DNA of 64,000 bases. Source: Angustibacter luteus. GTDB taxonomy: Bacteria > Actinomycetota > Actinomycetes > Actinomycetales > Angustibacteraceae. The notes beneath the pieces were generated by a model, which ran no database searches, was not told where the DNA came from, and was given only the letters and a program-made list of their open reading frames with translations. Shown piece after piece: positions 26,570-35,851 of the stretch; positions within the stretch are counted from its first letter, which is position 1; each line of letters begins with the position of its first letter. The DNA is taken from NCBI RefSeq assembly GCF_039541115.1, contig NZ_BAABFP010000002.1, positions 620,001-684,000 on the forward strand. The letters run 5' to 3'. Both the position numbers and the translations under genes were made by a program.

Positions 26570-28553
26570 CCCAGGTGAGGGTGGCGACCGTGCCGGTCGC
26601 CGCGATCTTGCCGGCCTTCTGGGCCGCCTTGACGGCTGCGGCCGTCTTCGGCCCGAACTCGCCGTCCGCCGTCACCTTGAGAGCCTTCTGCAGCGCCTTC
26701 ACCGCGGCACCGGTCGAGCCCTGGCGCAGCACGGTCGTGCGGTACGGCAGCAACGGGTGCGCGACCAGCTCGACGGCGTCCCACGTGCGGCGGTCCACGA
26801 CCCCGGTCACCGGGACCTTCTTGACCTTCTGGAACGCCTTGACGGTGCCGGCGGTACCGGGACCGAACACGCCGTCGACCTCCGACATGCCCAGCGCCTT
26901 CTGCAGCGCCTTGACCGCGGCACCCTTGGCGCCCTGGCGCAGCGTCTGGCCCTTGTAGGCGGAGACGGTGGTCGTCCGGGCGAGCACGTTGGCGGACGTC
27001 GCGGGAGGTGTCGGCGTCGTGGTGGGCGGCTTCGGCGTCGGCGTCGGCTTCGGGGTCGGGGTCGGGGTCGGCGTCGTCGTGACCGGGACCAGCACCCGCC
27101 CCAGCGGGTAGGCCTGCTGCTCGAGCGCGATCCAGGTGGCGACGTCCGTGGACCCGGTCTGCGGCAGCTTGCCCCTGACCTGCGCCGCCTTCAGCGCGGC
27201 CAGCGTCTTGGCCCCGAACGCGCCGTCCGCCGTGACCTTGAGCGCCGTCTGCAGGACCGTCACGGTCGCGCCCTTGGACCCCGACCGGACCACGGTGCGA
27301 CGGTAGGCCAGCAGCGGGTAGGCCGCCTTCTCGAGCGCGTTCCAGGTCGCGGCGTCGACGACACCGGTCGCGGGCAGCTTCTTGGCCGTCTGGAACCTCG
27401 CCACGGTCGTGGCGGTGCCGGTGCCGTAGACCGCGTCGACCTTCAGCCCGAGCGCGTGCTGCAGGGCGCTGACGCCGGCCCCGCGCGAGCCGGTTCGCAG
27501 CACCAGGGCCTTGAACGGGGTGAGCGTCGTCGTGGTCGCCGCGGACGCCGGCAGGGTCACGGGCTTCGGCGCCGGCGTCGGGGTCGGGGTCGGCTTGGGG
27601 GTCGGCTTCGGCGTGGGGGTCGTGCTGGCCGTGGCCGGCACGAGCTTCGCCCAGGTCGGCTTGTCCAGGACGCCGGTCACCGGGACCTTCACGCCCCGCT
27701 GCCAGCCCATCAGCTTGGTGCGGGTGCCCGAGCCGAACACACCGTCGGTGGACAGGCCCAGCTTCTGCTGGGCCACCTTGACGGCCGAGCCGACCTGACC
27801 GGGCCAGATGATCCCGTAGGCGGACTTGGGTGCCGCCGGGAGGCTCGACGGGCAGGCCGTCGTGCGCCGCACGCCCGTGTAGACGGGGGCCGGCTGGCCG
27901 CTGTAGACCCGGCACGGCCCGCGGTCGTCGTTCGTGGTGACCGAGCCGTCCCACCAGGAGGTGCGCTCCTCGGCGCCGTCCCAGGTGAAGCTCGTGTGCA
28001 CGTGGTCGGTGTGCGAGCTCGCGCCGCTGTACGGCCGCCAGCCGTCGCCCATTCGGTAGGTGCTCCAGATGTGGCGGTTCCAGATCACGTACATGACGCC
28101 CAGGCGCCGGGCGTTGCCGCCGACCACGCCGTGCGCGTCCTTGCCGGTGAGCCACTTGGTCAGCGCGTCTCCGGCGGCCTTCTCGGCGGGCTTGTTGACG
28201 CTGACCATCCAGTCGAACGCCCGGCCCTCCTTGTGCTCGCTGGTGGCGCCGATGCCGCAGCCCCGCACGATCCCGCCCGAGTGGCCCTGCCGGTACGTCG
28301 TCAGCACCATCCGCGCGTACGCCTCGACGCCGGGCTTGGCCGCCGGGTCGCAGCTGCGCTGGTCCTGGTACGTCGGGACCACGTCGGTCTTGGTGGGCAG
28401 CGTCTTGGTCGGCTGGGGCACCGGTGTGCCCGCGGCGTGCGCGGTCTCGGCGAGCACCGGCTGGGCGAGCAGCGCCACCGCGGTCGCCGTCAGCGCCAGG
28501 CGGGCCGGAGCCCCGGTCTGACGAGGTGCGGGTACGCGGTGACGGCCCGACAT
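26523..28553 (-). CDS. Secreted Zn-peptidase-like protein with five peptidoglycan-binding domains
   Basis: GGGAG SD and ATG 28553; signal peptide; SEHKEGRAFD and HTDHVH; five (G..G.AV..LQ..L...DG.FG..T...V..FQ....TG.V...TW) repeats; Pro/Thr linkers. Confidence 0.88.
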   Translation of the reverse strand: MSGRHRVPAPRQTGAPARLALTATAVALLAQPVLAETAHAAGTPVPQPTKTLPTKTDVVPTYQDQRSCDPAAKPGVEAYARMVLTTYRQGHSGGIVRGCGIGATSEHKEGRAFDWMVSVNKPAEKAAGDALTKWLTGKDAHGVVGGNARRLGVMYVIWNRHIWSTYRMGDGWRPYSGASSHTDHVHTSFTWDGAEERTSWWDGSVTTNDDRGPCRVYSGQPAPVYTGVRRTTACPSSLPAAPKSAYGIIWPGQVGSAVKVAQQKLGLSTDGVFGSGTRTKLMGWQRGVKVPVTGVLDKPTWAKLVPATASTTPTPKPTPKPTPTPTPAPKPVTLPASAATTTTLTPFKALVLRTGSRGAGVSALQHALGLKVDAVYGTGTATTVARFQTAKKLPATGVVDAATWNALEKAAYPLLAYRRTVVRSGSKGATVTVLQTALKVTADGAFGAKTLAALKAAQVRGKLPQTGSTDVATWIALEQQAYPLGRVLVPVTTTPTPTPTPKPTPTPKPPTTTPTPPATSANVLARTTTVSAYKGQTLRQGAKGAAVKALQKALGMSEVDGVFGPGTAGTVKAFQKVKKVPVTGVVDRRTWDAVELVAHPLLPYRTTVLRQGSTGAAVKALQKALKVTADGEFGPKTAAAVKAAQKAGKIAATGTVATLTWVTVEKQVYPVGRKRW

Positions 28554-28740
28554 GGTGGCACTCCCTTGCAGAAGAACGATGTGACGATCCCCTCGACCGT
28601 CTCGGCGTGTCCCTTGACACAGATGCTCAAATTGATACGGCTGTGACGCGTGGGGCATGTGTGAGTGTGCCGGTTCGGCGACGAACCGTCTACGTGTTCA
28701 CCCGATCAGCCGAAGAGTTCGAAATACCAGCCCGCAGCAA

Positions 28741-28767
28741 CTCAACGCCGCTGCCGGGCCCGCCGAA
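28741..28767 (+). promoter_or_regulatory. Candidate sigma-28 (FliA/WhiG-family) promoter upstream of the SpoIID gene
   Basis: CTCA-N17-GCCGAA; a second, weaker TCTA-N16-GCCGAA at 28689-28714. Confidence 0.55.
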
Positions 28768-28833
28768 TGCCACAGTGGTGAGACCACAGTGGTCACGGGA
28801 GTCCGACGGGACTCCACCGACGAAGGGACCTCC

Positions 28834-30834
28834 ATGCGCCGTCCGGCACTCGCGCTCGCCCTGACCGGGGCCCTCGTGGCCGGGCTGTTCGCGGCGACGC
28901 CCGCGCAGGCCGCCTCGGCCACCTGGGCGTGGCCCTCCTCCGGCTCGCTGGCCGTCGACGGGTACGGGTGGGGACACGGGCACGGCATGTCCCAGTACGG
29001 CGCGTACGGTGCGGCCAAGAAGGGCCTGACCTACCAGCAGATCATGGCCTTCTACTACCCCGGCACCACGCTGGCCACGCAGACCGAGCCGACGATGCGC
29101 GTGCTGGTCGACGCCGACTCGGACGACGTCGTCGAGGTGGCCCGGTCCTCCGGCCTCGGCGCGGTGACCGACCACGGCACGATCGCGGACCTGCCCCCCA
29201 GCATCGGCGGGGCGACGGTGACCCGGTGGCGCGCGGTGCGCACCGCGAGCGGCACGAGGCTGCAGTACCTGACCGGCACCTGGAAGACCGCCACCGTCGG
29301 CGGGGCCACCGACCACTCGTTCGTGCAGTTCAGCCCGGGCACCTCGGGCACGGTCCTGCTGGTGCTGGGCGGCGCGCTCCGCGAGTACCGCGGCAGCATC
29401 CGGGCCGTCCAGACCGGCAGCTCACCCAACCAGCTCACCGTCGTCTACTCCACGACGACCAACTACCTGCGCTCCGTCGTCCCCTCCGAGATGCCCTCGT
29501 CCTGGAGCACGGAGGCGCTCCGCAGCCAGGCCGTCGCAGCGCGCAGCTACGCGCTCAACGACCGCGCGAGCAAGCCCGCCGGCGCGCTGTACGACACCTG
29601 CAGCACGACCAGCTGCCAGGTGTTCAGCGGCGTCGCCGCCTACACCCTGGGCGGCACGTTGACCCGCGGCTACGAGGCGGCGACCAGCAACTCCGCGGTC
29701 AGCGCGACCGCGGGGCGGGTGGTGACCTACGGCGGCAAGCCCGCGTTCACCCAGTTCAGCGCCTCCAACGGCGGCTGGACGACGGCCGGCAGCGCCTCGA
29801 CCCCGTACCTGAAGGCGTTCGCCGACCCCTACGACGGCGCCGGCACCTCCGGCGACCCGCACCACTGGACCGACACGATCACCGCCTCCGCCCTCCAGGC
29901 GAACTACCCCGCGATCGGCACCCTGCGCTCGGTCACGGTGACCCGCGACGGGCACGGCACCGGTGGTGGCCGGGTCACCCAGGTCGTGCTCATCGGCAGC
30001 AGCTCGTCGAAGACGCTCACCGGCTCGCAGTTCGCCAGCGCCGCCGGCCTGAAGTCGGTCTGGTGGGTCCCGTCGAACGGCGGCTGGAGCACCTACAACG
30101 CGATCGTCGGGCCCGGCCACTGGAACGCCGGGACCACGGACGACGTCCTGGCCCGCGACACCAGCGGTCGGCTGTGGCTGCACGCCGGCAACGGTGCGGG
30201 TGGCTACGACCCGAGGACCGTGGTGGGCACCGGCTTCCAGGTCTTCAACGGCCTCGTCGCGCCTGGGGACTGGGACGGCGACGGGCACCCCGACCTGCTC
30301 ACCCGGCGCACCGACGGCAGCCTGTGGCTCTACTCCGGCAACGGCACCGGCGGGTTCAAGGCGTGGCGGAAGGTCGGTACGGGCTGGGGCTCGTTCAACC
30401 TGATCCTGGGCGTCGGCGACTGGGATGGCAACGGCCACCGCGACCTGGTGACCCGGCGCACCGACGGCAGCCTGTGGCTCTACTCCGGCAACGGCACCGG
30501 CGGGTTCACCGGCTGGCGCCGGATCGGCACCGGCTTCGGCGCGTTCAACGCGATCGTCGCCCCGGGAGCGTGGGACGCGGACAGCCACCCGGACCTGCTC
30601 ACCCGGCGCACCGACGGCAGCCTGTGGCTCTACTCCGGCAACGGTACCGGCGGGTTCACCGGCTGGCGCCAGGTCGGCACCGGCTGGACCGGCTACGCGA
30701 TCTCCGCCGCCGGCGACGCCACCGGCGACGGCAAGGCCGACCTGGTCGGACGCTCCAGCGGCGGTTCGGCCTGGCTGTACCCGGGCACCGGGACCGGCGG
30801 GTTCAGGGCCCGGATCACCATCGGGACGCCCTGA
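28834..30834 (+). CDS. SpoIID/LytB lytic-transglycosylase-domain protein with C-terminal FG-GAP/VCBS-like repeats
   Basis: Signal peptide; GWGHGHGMSQYGA, YLRSVVPSEMP..W..EAL.SQAVAARSYA; GDWDGDGHPDL repeats. Confidence 0.92.
   Translation: MRRPALALALTGALVAGLFAATPAQAASATWAWPSSGSLAVDGYGWGHGHGMSQYGAYGAAKKGLTYQQIMAFYYPGTTLATQTEPTMRVLVDADSDDVVEVARSSGLGAVTDHGTIADLPPSIGGATVTRWRAVRTASGTRLQYLTGTWKTATVGGATDHSFVQFSPGTSGTVLLVLGGALREYRGSIRAVQTGSSPNQLTVVYSTTTNYLRSVVPSEMPSSWSTEALRSQAVAARSYALNDRASKPAGALYDTCSTTSCQVFSGVAAYTLGGTLTRGYEAATSNSAVSATAGRVVTYGGKPAFTQFSASNGGWTTAGSASTPYLKAFADPYDGAGTSGDPHHWTDTITASALQANYPAIGTLRSVTVTRDGHGTGGGRVTQVVLIGSSSSKTLTGSQFASAAGLKSVWWVPSNGGWSTYNAIVGPGHWNAGTTDDVLARDTSGRLWLHAGNGAGGYDPRTVVGTGFQVFNGLVAPGDWDGDGHPDLLTRRTDGSLWLYSGNGTGGFKAWRKVGTGWGSFNLILGVGDWDGNGHRDLVTRRTDGSLWLYSGNGTGGFTGWRRIGTGFGAFNAIVAPGAWDADSHPDLLTRRTDGSLWLYSGNGTGGFTGWRQVGTGWTGYAISAAGDATGDGKADLVGRSSGGSAWLYPGTGTGGFRARITIGTP
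30301..30658 (+). repeat. Intragenic 150-bp-period repeats with near-identical 58-bp cores
   Basis: acccggcgcaccgacggcagcctgtggctctactccggcaacggcaccggcgggttca at 30301, 30451 and 30601 (one mismatch in the third copy). Confidence 0.9.
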
Positions 30835-30847
30835 CCGGGACTCCAGG

Positions 30848-31732
30848 TCACACCACCGGCGGGCGTCCGAGCCGGGTCATCCGCCAGACCGTGCGCCAGC
30901 GCATCGGTCGGCGCGGCCCTGGGTCCGAGCGCCAGCCCTCGACGAAGCCCCGACCCCACACCCGCAGGGAGCGCAGATCGCGCACCCGGACGACGGTCAG
31001 CGCGGTCCACACGCCCAGGTAGGCCACGACGAGCGGGGCGGGCAGCCGGCGCCGCGCCAGCCACACCCGGTTGCGCGCGTTCAGCCGGTAGTAGGTCTCG
31101 TGCCGGGCCGGCGTGGTCGTCGGGTGCCCGGCGACGGCGTCCGCGTCGTACCGGATCGTCCAGCCGGCGTCCAGCGCCGCCCAGGCCAGGTCGGTCTCCT
31201 CGTGGCCGTACCAGAACGCCGACGGTAGGCCGCCGCACTGATCGAGCACCGCGCGCCGCATGACGTTGGCACCGCCCAGGAAGGTGGTGACGTCCGACGA
31301 CCGCTCCGGGTCCGATGCGCGCAGGCGAGGCACGTGCCGGCGTGAGGACAGCCCGGTCTCGGGGTCGATGATGCGCATCGAGACGATGCCCAGCCGCTGG
31401 TCCGCGGCGAAGGCCGCCCGGACCCGGCCCAGGACGTCGTCCGAGAGCAGCCAGGCGTCGTCGTCCAGGAAGAGCACCAGCTCGTCGTCCAGCTCGCGCC
31501 AGCCGAGGTCGCGGCCGCCCACGATGCCGAGGTTCTCCGGGGTCGCCAGGGTGCGGACGCCGTCCGGCACGGGGGGCGCCTGGACACCGTTGGCGATCAC
31601 CAGGATCTCGGCCCGCGGGCCGGTCTGGTCCAGCACGCTGCGCAGCGCCCGGGTGAGCTCGACCGGGCGGTCCCCCATGGTCAGGACGACGACGCCGACG
31701 CCCAGGTCGTCCGGACCCGCCTGCGCCGCCAT
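30848..31732 (-). CDS. GT2 glycosyltransferase
   Basis: VVVLTMGDRP, ENLGIVGGRD, FLDDDA, YGHEETDLAW; TGATG overlap with the upstream stop. Confidence 0.9.
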   Translation of the reverse strand: MAAQAGPDDLGVGVVVLTMGDRPVELTRALRSVLDQTGPRAEILVIANGVQAPPVPDGVRTLATPENLGIVGGRDLGWRELDDELVLFLDDDAWLLSDDVLGRVRAAFAADQRLGIVSMRIIDPETGLSSRRHVPRLRASDPERSSDVTTFLGGANVMRRAVLDQCGGLPSAFWYGHEETDLAWAALDAGWTIRYDADAVAGHPTTTPARHETYYRLNARNRVWLARRRLPAPLVVAYLGVWTALTVVRVRDLRSLRVWGRGFVEGWRSDPGPRRPMRWRTVWRMTRLGRPPVV

Positions 31733-32508
31733 CAGTCCAGCCGGTGCGACAGCAGGATGGACGCCAGGTGCAGCACCGTCATCACCGCGGCGATGGCAGC
31801 GAGCGCGACCAGCAGCACCTGGGTGCCGTGCAGGGTTCCGGTGGCGGCGTCCACCACGGCGGCGACGACCAGCAGCAGGGACGACTCCAGGGCACCGGTC
31901 AGCTGGTGCACCTTGAGCACCTGGGCCGCCTTGCGCGCCCGTCCCAGCACGGCGCTCTTGAGCTCGACCGACGCCTCGCTGGCCACGGTGTGGCCCGACC
32001 GGGTGCGGGCCACGTCCACCAGGTCCGTCTCGGCCTTGACCAGCACCACCAGCAGGCCGGCCGCGACGCCCAGCGTCGTCCAGCCCCCGAGCTCCTGCCC
32101 ACCGGCCCGGAACCCGTAGGCGGTCAGCACGGCGGCCTCGACCAGGTAGTGGCCGACCCGGTCCAGGTAGACGCCGGTCACGCTGGTCTTGCGGTGCCAG
32201 CGCGCGACCTCGCCGTCGCACAGGTCGAGCAGGAAGTAGACCCAGATGGCGACCACCCCGACCAGCGCCGTGACCAGGCCGGACAGTCCGAGCGGGATCG
32301 CGGCGAGCAGGCCGACGACGATCATCAGCCCGGTGAGCTGGTTCGCCGTCACGGGCGTGCGGATGAGGACCCGGGTGACCCGCAACGAGACGTCCCGCAG
32401 GAACCAGCGGGCCATCCAGTGCTCGGCGTTGCGCCGGTCCATCGTGGACGCCGGCTGGGTGATGGCGCGCAGCTCGTCCAGGCTGGGCGGCGGGGGCTGT
32501 GTCGTCAC
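31732..32508 (-). CDS. CDP-alcohol phosphatidyltransferase family protein
   Basis: TANQLT; DLCDGEVAR...GVYLDRVGH signature; GTGA overlap. Confidence 0.9.
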   Translation of the reverse strand: MTTQPPPPSLDELRAITQPASTMDRRNAEHWMARWFLRDVSLRVTRVLIRTPVTANQLTGLMIVVGLLAAIPLGLSGLVTALVGVVAIWVYFLLDLCDGEVARWHRKTSVTGVYLDRVGHYLVEAAVLTAYGFRAGGQELGGWTTLGVAAGLLVVLVKAETDLVDVARTRSGHTVASEASVELKSAVLGRARKAAQVLKVHQLTGALESSLLLVVAAVVDAATGTLHGTQVLLVALAAIAAVMTVLHLASILLSHRLD

Positions 32509-34199
32509 GGCGTCGAGGGTACCCAGCGCGACCAGTAGGCCCGGCTGGACGCCAGCACCGAGCCGCCCAGCAGCACCGCGCCGATGCCGAAGACCCAGCC
32601 CGCGACGTCCGGCGCCAACGCGGCCACGACCAGCACCGCGGCCAGCCGCAGGGGCCAGCCGAGCACCGTGAGCGGGCCGGTCGCCGCCGTCGCGCCGGTC
32701 AGCCGACCCCGGTACGTCACGTCGTACTCGGCGATCGCGACCACGGCCAGCCAGCCGAACAGGCCGGGCAGCGCGGCAGGTGCCAGCCAGTCGACCAGCA
32801 GCAGCGCGCCGAACTGCTCGAGCGCGCGCGAGCCCGCCGGGATCAGCCAGCCCAGCGGTCCGCCCACCCGCCAGCCGTGCAGCGGCAGCGGTCGGCCGTC
32901 CACCTGCACGGCGAGCTGGGCCCGCGCCGACTCGGACGGCCGCACCCGGCTGGCCAGTGCCCGGCCGAGCCGCCCGGCCGTCGTCCAGCCGGCCGCGACG
33001 ACGCCCAGGGCGAGCAGCACCACGAACGTCCACCGCACCCCGACCGTCGGCGCCAGCACCGCCAGCAGGATCGTGCGCTCCCCCACCGGGGCGATCACCG
33101 CCCGCTTCGCGTACCGGACGGCGGGGCGGGCGTCAGTGCGGGCGGACCAGCTCCCGACCGCCCCCTCGGCGGCGGTCGTCGCTGCGCTGCCTCCCACCTG
33201 GCGGGCCGCGAAACCGAAGTCGACGAAGTGCCGGGTCACCAGCAGGCCCAGGCTGGCCAGGGCCAGCAGCCACTGCTCGTGCCCGGCACCGACCACGCCC
33301 GCAGCCAGCGCGCCGTACACCGCGTACTCCTTGATCCGGTCCGCAGCGACGTCCAGCCACGCGCCGCGTGCCGACGTCGTGCGGGTGTAGCGGGCGAGCT
33401 CGCCGTCCACGCAGTCCACGACCAGCGAGGTGAGCAGCAGCACCGAACCCACGACCAGCCAGACCCGCGAGCCGCCCGCGTAGGCGAGCGCCGACAGCAG
33501 GCCGAGCAGCAGGGCCACCGCGGTCACCTGCGCCGGCGCCAGACCAGCGCCGACTGCGCGCCGGGTGAGGGGGCGGGACAGCGGTCGGACCAGGAAGGTG
33601 GACAGGAACCCGTCGTCCGAACGGGATGCCCGGCGCAGGCGCAGCGCGGCCTCGTCGACAGCGCCGACCCGCTCGTCCGCGCCCACCGCCTCGTCCGGGG
33701 TCTGCGCCAGGGTGGCCAGGAACGAGCCGGGGGTGAGCTCGCGCCCGGCGCCGCCCAGGTCCACCGCGACGTCGGCCACGGCGTCCAGCAGCCGGCGCGG
33801 CGGCCAGCCGCTCGCCGCCCGCTCGAGTGCCTGCGCGAGGTCCTCGCGGGCTCCCGCTGCCACCCGCAGGGCCAGGACCTGACCACGGTCGTCACGCAGG
33901 ATCCGGCCGAGCCCGTCGGGCTCGGCCACGACGTCGCCGAGCAGCGTCGGGCCGGCGACCAGGGCGCCGTCGACCAGCGCCAGCGGCGCGCTCGTCGAGT
34001 CGCGCAGAGCAGCGACCAGCTGGTCCACGGCCGAGGTCATCGAGTCGGCCGCCAACCGGCCCCGCAGGACGCCGGCCTCGTGGGTGGCGCGTTCGCCGAC
34101 GACGTCGGCGAGCAGCTCACCCTCGGGCAGGTGCGTCAGCGCAGCGCCCGGCGCGACCTGGTCGACCACGACCAGCACCTCGGTCGTGGCCGGCCTCAC
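32505..34199 (-). CDS. CDP-alcohol phosphotransferase fused to a DUF5941-like C-terminal membrane domain
   Basis: DDGFLSTFLVRP, DCVDGELAR...GAWLDVAADRIKE, PVGER, LGWLIP...EYDVTYR; GTGA overlap. Confidence 0.82.
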   Translation of the reverse strand: MRPATTEVLVVVDQVAPGAALTHLPEGELLADVVGERATHEAGVLRGRLAADSMTSAVDQLVAALRDSTSAPLALVDGALVAGPTLLGDVVAEPDGLGRILRDDRGQVLALRVAAGAREDLAQALERAASGWPPRRLLDAVADVAVDLGGAGRELTPGSFLATLAQTPDEAVGADERVGAVDEAALRLRRASRSDDGFLSTFLVRPLSRPLTRRAVGAGLAPAQVTAVALLLGLLSALAYAGGSRVWLVVGSVLLLTSLVVDCVDGELARYTRTTSARGAWLDVAADRIKEYAVYGALAAGVVGAGHEQWLLALASLGLLVTRHFVDFGFAARQVGGSAATTAAEGAVGSWSARTDARPAVRYAKRAVIAPVGERTILLAVLAPTVGVRWTFVVLLALGVVAAGWTTAGRLGRALASRVRPSESARAQLAVQVDGRPLPLHGWRVGGPLGWLIPAGSRALEQFGALLLVDWLAPAALPGLFGWLAVVAIAEYDVTYRGRLTGATAATGPLTVLGWPLRLAAVLVVAALAPDVAGWVFGIGAVLLGGSVLASSRAYWSRWVPSTP

Positions 34200-34933
34200 T
34201 TCCGGCGCCCCTGGTCCTCGTTGTAGGTCTCGATCGCCTCCTCGACCGGGCCGTCCACCTTCATCCGGCCGCCGTCGAGGTAGATGCCGCGCGAGCAGAA
34301 GCGCTTGAGGTCGTTCTCGCTGTGCGACACCAGGAACAGCGTGCGGTCGGTGTGCACGATCTGGTCGATCCGGTCGTAGCACTTGGCCCGGAACCGCTTG
34401 TCACCGACCGCCAGGACCTCGTCCACCAGGATGATGGGCTCGTCCAGCGTGGTGATCACCGAGAAGCCGAGCCGGACCTGCATCCCGCTGGAGAAGTGCC
34501 GGAACGGGGTGTCCAGGAAGTCGCCGATCTCGGCGAAGCTGACGATGTCGTCGAACCGCTCCTCGATCTGCTCCTTGCGCAGCCCGTGCAGGCCGGCGGT
34601 GAGCCAGATGTTCTCCCGGGCGGTGAGGTCCCCGACGAAGCCACCGGTCAGCTCGATCAACGGCGCGACACCGGCGTTGACCTGCACCCGGCCCTCGTCC
34701 GGCATCAGCACGCCGGCGATGATCTTGAGCAGCGTGCTCTTGCCCTGACCGTTCGCACCGACCAGCCCGACGGCCTCGCCGGCGCCGACCTTGAAGCTGA
34801 TGTCCCGCAACGCCCAGAAGGTGCCCTTCGGCGTCGTGGACTTGCCCTTCAGCAGCATCTCGCGCAGGGACAGCCGGTACCTTCGGTTGCGCAGGAACTC
34901 GATCCCGACGCCCTCGACCTCGATCATCGTCAC
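34196..34933 (-). CDS. Polysaccharide/teichoic acid ABC exporter ATPase (Wzt/TagH-like)
   Basis: FWALRDISF, GANGQGKST, FSSGMQVRLGF, ILVDEVLAVGD. Confidence 0.95.
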   Translation of the reverse strand: MTMIEVEGVGIEFLRNRRYRLSLREMLLKGKSTTPKGTFWALRDISFKVGAGEAVGLVGANGQGKSTLLKIIAGVLMPDEGRVQVNAGVAPLIELTGGFVGDLTARENIWLTAGLHGLRKEQIEERFDDIVSFAEIGDFLDTPFRHFSSGMQVRLGFSVITTLDEPIILVDEVLAVGDKRFRAKCYDRIDQIVHTDRTLFLVSHSENDLKRFCSRGIYLDGGRMKVDGPVEEAIETYNEDQGRRK

Positions 34934-34937
34934 AGGC

Positions 34938-35732
34938 TCAGAGCTCCTTCAGCACGGCGCTCTCGAGGCGCTTGAAGACCCAGGCACCGAAGAACAGGCT
35001 GCCGACGCAGATGGCCGCCGACACGCCCACGATCTTCCACCCCGCGAAGACGGCCGGGAACAGGGCCGACCGGAACAGCTCGATGATGCCGGTGAGCGGG
35101 TTCAGCGCGAACAGCTTGCGGACGGCCTCGATGTCGATCCGCTGGATCGAGTAGATCACCGGTGACAGGTAGAACATCACCCGCAGCCCGATCCGGACGA
35201 CGCGTTGCAGGTCGCGCACCAGCACGGTGGCCGCGGCCAGGGCCAGCCCGATCCCGGTCAGCAGCACGGCCTCCATCACGATGGCGAGCGGGAAGAGCAG
35301 CACCTCGATGGCCGGCGGCTTGCGGTAGGCGATCATGAAGATCACCACGACCGGCAGCGAGAAGAGGAACTCCAACCCCTTGGAGCCGACCACCTTCAGC
35401 ACCCAGATCTCGCGCGGCAACCGGGTGGAGCGCACCAGGCGCGACTCGGAGGTCAGCGCCCGCGAGGTCTCGGTCACGCTGCTGGAGAACCACTGCCAGG
35501 ACAGCAGGCCCAGGACCAGGAAGAGGATGTACGGCTCCTCGCCGATCGAGCCTCGGGTGAACACGACCGTGAACACGAACCAGTACACGCCGGTCATCAG
35601 CAGCGGGTCCAGGATGGTCCAGAAGTAGCCGAGCACCGAGCCGGCGTAGCGGACCTTGAGGTCCCGCATGATGAGCAGCCCGAGAACGCGTCGGTGCTGC
35701 CACAGGGCACGAGCCCGGCCGGCCAGGCCCAT
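34938..35732 (-). CDS. Polysaccharide/teichoic acid ABC exporter permease (Wzm/TagG-like)
   Basis: RDLKVRYAGSVLGYFWTILDPL, FYLSPVIY, LNPL; AGGAGG SD before ATG 35732. Confidence 0.95.
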   Translation of the reverse strand: MGLAGRARALWQHRRVLGLLIMRDLKVRYAGSVLGYFWTILDPLLMTGVYWFVFTVVFTRGSIGEEPYILFLVLGLLSWQWFSSSVTETSRALTSESRLVRSTRLPREIWVLKVVGSKGLEFLFSLPVVVIFMIAYRKPPAIEVLLFPLAIVMEAVLLTGIGLALAAATVLVRDLQRVVRIGLRVMFYLSPVIYSIQRIDIEAVRKLFALNPLTGIIELFRSALFPAVFAGWKIVGVSAAICVGSLFFGAWVFKRLESAVLKEL

Positions 35733-35851
35733 CCCCACCTCCTGCTCGAACACGCGACCAATCGGCGGACAGCCTACGCGACCGCTGTGGCTCGGCTGCT
35801 ATCGCCACTCGGTAGGCTGCCCACACGCCGACGAAGAGAGCAGGGAACGAC

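Noticed and set aside
28614..28645. Perfect TTGACA -35 in the hydrolase intergenic region
   Set aside because: No good TAnnnT -10 at 16-18 bp spacing.
28720..28830. Possible c-di-AMP (ydaO) riboswitch before the cell-wall hydrolase
   Set aside because: Only GCCGAAT resembles it; the GGGGAACC, GGGGTGAAT and CCCGTCAGCTAAC elements are absent. An Infernal RF00379 search would settle it.
30301..30660. Regularly spaced repeats as a CRISPR array
   Set aside because: In-frame protein repeats within the SpoIID gene; the spacers are homologous to each other; no cas genes.
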